Source of the DNA: an uncultured Gemmatimonadales bacterium
Lineage (GTDB): Bacteria; Gemmatimonadota; Gemmatimonadetes; Gemmatimonadales; GWC2-71-9
NCBI GenBank assembly: GCA_963842945.1
Contig: CAWJIM010000001.1
Location: 128,001 to 192,000 of the forward strand
Length of the DNA: 64,000 bases
Direction of reading: 5' to 3'
Positions 57,835 through 64,000 of this stretch are shown piece by piece. The first letter of the stretch is position 1, and every line of letters begins with the position of its first letter. The notes under the pieces were generated by a model, which was given only the letters and a program-made list of their open reading frames with translations, was not told the origin of the DNA and ran no database searches. The position numbers and the translations under genes are program-made.

Positions 57835-57838
57835 CAGG

Positions 57839-58465
57839 TCAGGTGCGGCGCTTTCCGATACCCGAGATGAGCGTGGCCAGGGCGAGTCCGGGAAGGAACG
57901 TCACCGCGAAAGTCCCCAGTCCCCAGCGCGCGCCGGGAAACCCGAGGAGCGTTGCCGCAGTTCCAATCAGCAGAGCCAGAACCAGGGCGGTAATCAGTCC
58001 CTGCCCCACCGATGGGCTCCCGTTGCGAGTAGTCTGATTGGCCAGGAGCCATGCCCCCATCCAGGGAATGAATGTTCCCACCATCCACCAGACTGGATGG
58101 TACCACCAGTTGCTCCCCCCGCCGATCTCATACCAACGGTTGGTGTAGGTCCCGATGTTCTGGAGCAGCATGACATCGACCAGCAGAAACACGACGGTAG
58201 CGCCGAGGCCGATACCCGCGGCCCCGGCTATTCCCTCGATGGTCCGGGGCCGGGTCCACAGCCCCGGTAGCATGCTGACTGCAGCAAGCCCGACCATCAG
58301 GATGATGCCGCAGACGATCGTCTCCACCGCCCCACCGAGCAGCCGTGAAGCCAGCGAGAACAGCAGTACCGCAATGCTCTCGAGCAGGCCGAGCTTGACG
58401 GAGCCCGCCACGATGGCGGGAACCGCGGTGAGATCGTAGTCCCGGTTCAGCTCTGCCGTCGTCAT
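57839..58465 (-). CDS. Hypothetical multi-pass membrane protein
   Basis: About 6 TMs, aromatic loop YTNRWYEIGGGSNWWYHPVWW; SD GGAGAAGG. Confidence 0.78.
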   Translation of the reverse strand: MTTAELNRDYDLTAVPAIVAGSVKLGLLESIAVLLFSLASRLLGGAVETIVCGIILMVGLAAVSMLPGLWTRPRTIEGIAGAAGIGLGATVVFLLVDVMLLQNIGTYTNRWYEIGGGSNWWYHPVWWMVGTFIPWMGAWLLANQTTRNGSPSVGQGLITALVLALLIGTAATLLGFPGARWGLGTFAVTFLPGLALATLISGIGKRRT

Positions 58466-58531
58466 GCCTTCTCCGTATTCAGTCGGGGAAGCTCAAGTAT
58501 ACCGGAACGGCGGGGGCGCGGCCAAGGGCCG

Positions 58532-59446
58532 TCAGGTGGCCCACGCGAGTGCCACGGCGACATCCGTCACCGCCCAGGCGAGGAGCGCACGGTACATGCC
58601 GCGCTGATGGTCCCGGGTGGACATCCGGCTTTCCCGGCGGAGCCAGGGCACCAGCACGAGCGTCCAGCCCATTGCGGCCACTGCCAGAAGAGACCAACGC
58701 CAGCGTTCGTCGTGAGACCACCCACTCTTCCCTGCCGCCCCTGCCAACAGAACGAAGGCGAGTACCGCAGCCGCATGGGCAACGAGGAGACTTTTTCTTC
58801 GTCCCAGGGAGAGCGCGAGGGTCCGATCACCCCGGCGGGTATCCTCCTCGAACTGATAGATCTGCGTCAGGGGATAAAGGGCGGCGAACAGGGGACAGAA
58901 GGCAAATAGAATCAGTGCTCCCGTAGGTCCGAGAGGCAAACCCGTGGCCGCCCAACCGGCGTACGGCGTCAGGGTGCCGAAGCCCCACATGTTGATGAGC
59001 CAGTCGGCTCCAGGCACCGCCTTCAGGCGTAAGGGCGGAGCCGAATACAGCACGGAGAGCAACACACAAATCGCATAAGCGGGCAGGTACCCTCGCGGGA
59101 GCCAGAGCGCTCCGACCAGCCCAATGAGCATCAGTCCGAGTCCAAAGGCTGCCAGCCCGCGCGGCGGTGGCGGAGGCTGCCGAAGGTAGGCCACGTCTCC
59201 CTCATCCCGGTCGAACGCGCTGTTGAATGCCAGGGTACCCCCGTTCAGGCAGATCACCCAAAGCGCGATTCCGAGGACACCACTCGCCAGCCGGTCGCTT
59301 CTGAATGCGTTGGGAGCGCCCACGGCCAGGAAATATCCCAGCGCCGTGTGCGCCGCGACGATGGGCCATTCGGCCGGCCGGGTGTGCAGCAGAAAGTCGA
59401 ACCCGCTGCCGAGCAGTCGGTACCCTGCCCGCCTCGGCCAGCTCAC
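58532..59446 (-). CDS. UbiA-family prenyltransferase
   Basis: TRP..W, NSAFDRDEGD, LYSAPPLRLK, QIYQFEED..RGDRT; GTGA overlap with coaX. Confidence 0.85.
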   Translation of the reverse strand: MSWPRRAGYRLLGSGFDFLLHTRPAEWPIVAAHTALGYFLAVGAPNAFRSDRLASGVLGIALWVICLNGGTLAFNSAFDRDEGDVAYLRQPPPPPRGLAAFGLGLMLIGLVGALWLPRGYLPAYAICVLLSVLYSAPPLRLKAVPGADWLINMWGFGTLTPYAGWAATGLPLGPTGALILFAFCPLFAALYPLTQIYQFEEDTRRGDRTLALSLGRRKSLLVAHAAAVLAFVLLAGAAGKSGWSHDERWRWSLLAVAAMGWTLVLVPWLRRESRMSTRDHQRGMYRALLAWAVTDVAVALAWAT

Positions 59447-60222
59447 CACTCCAGACCGAGGTGTCCGGCGGCGATCCGAAGTCCGCGCAAGGTCAGATCC
59501 GGATCGGTTAGCTCGATGCTGGTGGTCAGGGGAGCGACGACGGAGGCCAGCCCCCCGGTAGCCACCACCCGGGGACGGGTGGCGCCGGGCCATTCCTGCA
59601 TGATCCGGCGGATCATACCGTCGACCGAGTCAGCCGCTCCAAAGAGCACCCCGGCCTGGATGCATTCCTCCGTGCGCCGGCCGATCACCCGCGCTGGAGC
59701 CCGCAACTCGGTGGCCGGCAGCTTGGCGGCACGTCGGGTCAGCTGGTCGGCAGAAGTCCGGAGGCCGGGCATGATGGCCCCTCCGATGAACCGGGCATCG
59801 GCCGTCACGCAATCGAACGTGGTGGCGGTGCCGAAGTCGACCACCACGCTATCCGCCCGAAACAGCTCGACCGCGGCGAGCACATTCACGATCCGGTCGG
59901 CTCCCACAGTCAGCGGCTCGTCCACATCGAGCCGTACCGGGAGCGGCGATTGCGCATCCACCGAGACGCCGGTGCACCCGGTGGCCAGGGCGATGCCAGC
60001 CACGATGCTCTGGGTCACTGTTGGCGCGACGGAGGCCAGACAAACGGCACGCACCTCATTCGGCGAGTGTCCGCTCTGGACCAGGAAGCCGCCGATAGCG
60101 CTGCCCCATTCGTCAGGCGTGCGATCCGGATTGGTGGTGAGCCGCCAGTGTGCCTCCAACTCTCCACCCCGAAACAGCCCGACCGTGATCTCCGTGTTGC
60201 CGATATCGAGAGTGAGCAGCAT
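59443..60222 (-). CDS. coaX: Type III pantothenate kinase
   Basis: LTLDIGNT, VGADR, VDFGTATTFD, GGAIMPG, ATGG, LTLRGL. Confidence 0.96.
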   Translation of the reverse strand: MLLTLDIGNTEITVGLFRGGELEAHWRLTTNPDRTPDEWGSAIGGFLVQSGHSPNEVRAVCLASVAPTVTQSIVAGIALATGCTGVSVDAQSPLPVRLDVDEPLTVGADRIVNVLAAVELFRADSVVVDFGTATTFDCVTADARFIGGAIMPGLRTSADQLTRRAAKLPATELRAPARVIGRRTEECIQAGVLFGAADSVDGMIRRIMQEWPGATRPRVVATGGLASVVAPLTTSIELTDPDLTLRGLRIAAGHLGLEW

Positions 60223-60225
60223 GTA

Positions 60226-60945
60226 TCACCGAGTGGGAGAAACGCTCGCCAGCTCCACCGAGCCGTGACGCAGAGACACGTGGGACCCTTCAGGAGTAAG
60301 CACCCGCAGCGCGCCGTCATCGTTCAGGCCTGCCACAATCCCGGGCAGGGGCTCCCGGATCTCCCGGCCATCGAGCCAGCTTCGACCGGCAAAGAGCTCG
60401 AGCTCCGCCGCAGATAGTCGTTCCGGTCCGAGATCCAGAGCGCGGAGGGCGGCCGACACCGAGTGGAGCACGTTCTCCAACCGGATATCAGGCTCCAGCT
60501 CGATGAGAGAGACTGCAGTTTCCCGGAGCTCGCCCGGTACCGGATTCCGGACATTGAGGCCTACACCCACGGCGATCCAACCCAGGGCCCCTCCCTGCCA
60601 TCGGGCCTCGCACAGAATACCGCCCAGCTTGCGTCCATCGAGCATTAGGTCATTGGGCCACTTCAGGCTTACCGGCGTCCGCACATGAGGGTCCAGGGCC
60701 CGCGCCACCGCCAACCCCACCCGGACGCTCAGCAGCTCCAATCCACCAGTCGACGGCGGACGGTAGAGCGCGCTGAGCCAGAGTCCGCCAGGCGGTGAAT
60801 GCCACGGTCGGCCTCGCGAGCCCCGACCCTGGAGCTGCTCGTTGGCGATCACCATGCTTCCGGCGTCAGCGCCTCGCTCGGCCAGCTCATGGATCAGATC
60901 CATGGTCGACGCCACTCGCTCGAATTCGTACGTTGCCGCCCTCAC
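60226..60945 (-). CDS. birA: Biotin--protein ligase (no HTH)
   Basis: STMD, Q..GRGSRGRPW.SP, KWPND, KLGGILCE, GVGLNV. Confidence 0.93.
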   Translation of the reverse strand: MRAATYEFERVASTMDLIHELAERGADAGSMVIANEQLQGRGSRGRPWHSPPGGLWLSALYRPPSTGGLELLSVRVGLAVARALDPHVRTPVSLKWPNDLMLDGRKLGGILCEARWQGGALGWIAVGVGLNVRNPVPGELRETAVSLIELEPDIRLENVLHSVSAALRALDLGPERLSAAELELFAGRSWLDGREIREPLPGIVAGLNDDGALRVLTPEGSHVSLRHGSVELASVSPTR

Positions 60946-60946
60946 C

Positions 60947-61744
60947 TCAGGTCCCCATCAGGAGCAGCAGGACGCCGAGGGCAATTCGATACCAGGCAAA
61001 GACCCGGAAGCTGTGGCCCGATACATATCGCAGCAACGCCTTCACCACCACCAGTGCGGAAAGGAAGGACACTCCGAACCCGACCAGGAACATGGGAACA
61101 TCGGCCCGACTCAGCGTCGACCAGCTCTTCAGCAGATCGTACCCGGTTGCCGCGAGCATCACCGGAATGGCCAGAAAAAAGGAGAATTCAGTGGCCGTAA
61201 TCCGGGTCAACCCGAGAGCGTATCCTCCCATGATGGTGGCACCGGAACGGGAGGTGCCTGGGACCAGCGAAAGCACCTGGGCCAGCCCGATGCCGAAGGC
61301 TGTTCGGGGAGGAACCCGGTTCACCTCATCGATAGTTCCGCGTGGCGACCAGCGCTCGATCAGAAGGATCAACACCCCACCGACGATCAGCGCGGCGATC
61401 ACCACCTCCGGATTGAAGAGCCGGGCCTTGATCCAGTCGTGCGCCAGGAAGCCGATTGCTGCCGCGGGAAGAAACGCGATCAACAGATTCAGCAGAAATT
61501 GCCGGCTCTCGGTGTCCCTGCCCGCCGCTATCACGGCTCGAGTGAGACGCCGGCGATACAGCCACACCACAGCGAGGATGGCTCCCAGCTGAATGAAGAT
61601 ATCGAAGGTCTTGGCTCGCTCGTCCACCAGATGCAGCCAGTTGCTGACCAAAATCAGATGGCCGGTGGAAGACACGGGAACGAACTCCGTGGCGCCCTCC
61701 ACCAGGCCCAGCACGGCGGCCTTCCAAAGCAGGTCAGGCGACAC
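60947..61744 (-). CDS. uppP: Undecaprenyl-diphosphatase
   Basis: GLVEGATEFVPVSSTGHL, IQLGAILAV, PGTSRSGATI. Confidence 0.96.
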   Translation of the reverse strand: MSPDLLWKAAVLGLVEGATEFVPVSSTGHLILVSNWLHLVDERAKTFDIFIQLGAILAVVWLYRRRLTRAVIAAGRDTESRQFLLNLLIAFLPAAAIGFLAHDWIKARLFNPEVVIAALIVGGVLILLIERWSPRGTIDEVNRVPPRTAFGIGLAQVLSLVPGTSRSGATIMGGYALGLTRITATEFSFFLAIPVMLAATGYDLLKSWSTLSRADVPMFLVGFGVSFLSALVVVKALLRYVSGHSFRVFAWYRIALGVLLLLMGT

Positions 61745-61753
61745 GGAATAGAA

Positions 61754-62878
61754 TCAGGACAGGACTTCCTGATAGAAGGACTCGTACATCGGAACGATGC
61801 GGTCAGCCGAGAATTGTTCCGCTTTGGCGATGGCCGCCTGCCGCATGGCCTCGTGGCGCTCGGGATCGCGCAGCAGCTCGACCGCCCGTCGGCCCATCGC
61901 CTCCACGGAGCCGACCGGCTCGAGCATGCCATTCACCCCATCATCGATGACTTCGGGCAGCCCTCCCGCGCGGCTGGCAACCACGGGCGATCCGCAGGCC
62001 ATCGCCTCCAGCGCAGCCAGCCCGAAGGACTCGGTTTGCGAAGGCAGAACGAACAGATCGCTTCCCTGCAGGAGCGAGGCCACCGAGTCCAGCCGCCCCA
62101 GAAACCGCACGTCACTGTCTACGCCCAGCTCCCGCGCCTCGTTCTCAGCATCCACCCGCTCGGGGCCGTCTCCGATCATGATGAGCATTGCCGGCATGGC
62201 TCGCCGGATCCGGGCGAAGACCCGGACCACGTCCTTCACCCGTTTGACCTCCCGAAAATTCGAGACGTGGGTGATCAACTTGTGGCCGGAGGGCGCCAGC
62301 CGGTCGCGGCATCCCGGCTCGCCGGGCCGGTACTCCTGCAGGTTCACAAAGTTGGGAATGACTCGTATGTCGCAGGTGCCGCAGCCAAACGCGCGATAGG
62401 TCTCTTCTCGGAGATACGTCGATACGGCTGAGACTGCATCGGATTGTTCGATGGAAAATTTGGTGATGCCGTAGAAGCTCGACTCCTGACCGACCAGCGT
62501 GATGTCGGTTCCGTGAAGGGTGGTGATCACCCGCAGGGGCCACTCGCCATTCAACATCTCCCGGGCAAGGTATGCAGTGGTGGCATGAGGAATGGCGTAA
62601 TGTACGTGCAACACCTCGAGCCGTTCCCGCAGGACCACCTCGTGCTGCTTCGAGGCGAGCGCCAGGGTATACGGGAAGTGATCGAAGAGCGGGTAACGAC
62701 CCATCCTGGTTTCCACCTGATGGAAGTAGACCCGCTCGGCGTACCCCCGAAGTCGAAAAGGTGAGTCATAGGTGATGAAGTGCACTTCGTGCCCTCGCCG
62801 CGCCAGATCCAGGCCTAGCTCGGTGGCGACGGCGCCGGATCCGCCGTAGGTGGGATAACAGGTGATGCCGATCTTCAT
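61754..62878 (-). CDS. bshA: N-acetyl-alpha-D-glucosaminyl L-malate synthase (bacillithiol)
   Basis: KIGITCYPTYGGSGAVATELG, HVHYAIPH, TTLHGTDIT, SNFR.VKR, ESFGLAALEAM. Confidence 0.95.
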   Translation of the reverse strand: MKIGITCYPTYGGSGAVATELGLDLARRGHEVHFITYDSPFRLRGYAERVYFHQVETRMGRYPLFDHFPYTLALASKQHEVVLRERLEVLHVHYAIPHATTAYLAREMLNGEWPLRVITTLHGTDITLVGQESSFYGITKFSIEQSDAVSAVSTYLREETYRAFGCGTCDIRVIPNFVNLQEYRPGEPGCRDRLAPSGHKLITHVSNFREVKRVKDVVRVFARIRRAMPAMLIMIGDGPERVDAENEARELGVDSDVRFLGRLDSVASLLQGSDLFVLPSQTESFGLAALEAMACGSPVVASRAGGLPEVIDDGVNGMLEPVGSVEAMGRRAVELLRDPERHEAMRQAAIAKAEQFSADRIVPMYESFYQEVLS

Positions 62879-63008
62879 GGGAGCTGGGAGCTGGGAGCTG
62901 GGAGCTCGCAGCAGAGCCGCAGGACAACGGTGCCGCCCATAGATTCCTTCCTTGATCGAATGCCTTCGGTTCAGCCCGGCTCCCCGCTCCTAGCTCCCAG
63001 CCCCAGCT
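62879..63008. repeat. Inverted heptamer arrays (GAGCTGG / CCAGCTC) spanning miaA 3' end to bshA start
   Basis: gagctgg x3 plus gagctcg (62881-62908) and gctcccc-gctccta-gctccca-gccccagct (62979-63008). Confidence 0.85.
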
Positions 63009-63918
63009 TCTTTCCCAGAGCCGCGATCTCGGCCGCCAGCTTTTCCGGCGGGCGGGTGGCATCGAGAGTGGTTACCTGACCGCTGAGTTGATGCCGAAAC
63101 CAGGTTTCCTGCCGCTTGGCATACTGGCGAGTGTTGATGGTGATTGCCTCCGCCACCGTGTCTCTCGGTCGCGCGCCATGCAGGTATTCCACGGCCTCCT
63201 TGATGCCGATCCCATCCAAGCCCGGGGCATGGGGCTGGTGTCCCTCGGCCAGTACCGCCGCGACTTCTTCGATCAGGCCGCGGCGGACCATCTCCTCCGC
63301 CCGGCGGGCAATTCGCCGATGCAGCACTGCCCGGGGAACTGTCAGCACAATGTACCACGGGTCGAGCGAGCCCTGGGCCCGGGCTGCTTCCTGCCAATAG
63401 GAAAGCGGCCGGCCACTGAGGAGCGCCACTTCGATGGCTCGGGCTGCTCGTTGCCGGCCGCCTCCGCGGAAGCCCGGGTCCAGCCGGGAAGCCCACCGGA
63501 GAAGCTCGATCGGCTCGAGCCGCGCGGTCCATGCGTCGAGCGACCGCCGTCGGGCGGGATCCAAAGCCGGCTCGGTGAAGAGGCCTTCAGCCAGAGCCCG
63601 GACGTAGAGTCCCGTGCCTCCGACCAGCATCGGCTGCTTGTCACGGACCCGGATATCAGTCAGCCACCGCACCCCATCCCGGGCAAAATGACCGGCACTG
63701 TACCGGCAGCCGGGCTCCACCACATCCACTCCGTGATGGGGCGCGCGCGCCCGCTCCTTGGGCGAAGGCTTCGCGGTTCCGATGTCCAGCCGGCGGTAAA
63801 CCTGGCGCGAGTCGGCGGAGACGACCTCGAGCGGCCAATAGGCGGTGAGGGCCAACGCTACTGCCGTCTTGCCTACGGCTGTCGGACCAACCAGGACCGG
63901 AACCTTACCGCCGGCCAA
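62971..63918 (-). CDS. miaA: tRNA dimethylallyltransferase
   Basis: GPTAVGKT, SADSRQVYR.LDIGTAKP, VGGTGLY, TRQYAKRQETWF. Confidence 0.96.
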   Translation of the reverse strand: MAGGKVPVLVGPTAVGKTAVALALTAYWPLEVVSADSRQVYRRLDIGTAKPSPKERARAPHHGVDVVEPGCRYSAGHFARDGVRWLTDIRVRDKQPMLVGGTGLYVRALAEGLFTEPALDPARRRSLDAWTARLEPIELLRWASRLDPGFRGGGRQRAARAIEVALLSGRPLSYWQEAARAQGSLDPWYIVLTVPRAVLHRRIARRAEEMVRRGLIEEVAAVLAEGHQPHAPGLDGIGIKEAVEYLHGARPRDTVAEAITINTRQYAKRQETWFRHQLSGQVTTLDATRPPEKLAAEIAALGKKLGLGARSGEPG

Positions 63919-64000
63919 ACCGGCGCTCCAGCTCCTCGCGTGGTAGCTGTACGATGGTGGCCCTGCCGTGCACGTCGTGAGGTGGAAGATCGGTGGCGAA
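63905..64000 (-). CDS. mutL: DNA mismatch repair protein MutL, 3' end (partial)
   Basis: FATDLPPHDVHGRATIVQLPREELERRFGRR*; mutL-miaA synteny. Confidence 0.85.
   Translation of the reverse strand, partial: FATDLPPHDVHGRATIVQLPREELERRFGRR

Overview
Core-genome window of a high-GC diderm bacterium, most consistent with Gemmatimonadota (inferred from 16S segments and the gene set, not from a search). It holds a minus-strand rRNA operon (16S-23S-5S, no spacer tRNA, tandem promoters) and tRNA-Arg(UCU), tRNA-Pro(UGG) and tRNA-Sec. It also holds an envelope cluster (HEAT-cyclophilin, peptidase/PD40/Omp85 protein, lipoprotein, LptE, CPA2 antiporter, rfaE2, rph, rdgB) and the long rimP-nusA-infB-rbfA-truB-ribF-secDF-tatD-fhs-ridA-selC-murI run. 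Further on are murA, gatCAB, uvrD, serS, manC/glmU-like, groESL with CIRCE, coaX, birA, uppP, bshA, miaA and the 3' end of mutL. About 6.8-36 kb has many frameshifts that look like long-read indel errors, so gene ends there are approximate, and two sub-blocks look markedly more GC-rich. No CRISPR, integrase, transposase or phage gene was seen. Most unusual signals: (1) polarised 7/8-mer tandem-repeat arms at at least eight gene junctions, some translated into protein termini; (2) two apparent CUG-initiated, translationally coupled genes (ylxP, truB) in the infB operon; (3) layered sigma54/sigma70/CIRCE/IHF motifs around groESL; (4) a metallopeptidase-propeller-Omp85 protein and a beta-barrel-NlpC/P60 fusion; (5) a MutL DVHGR variant of the CPHGR motif.
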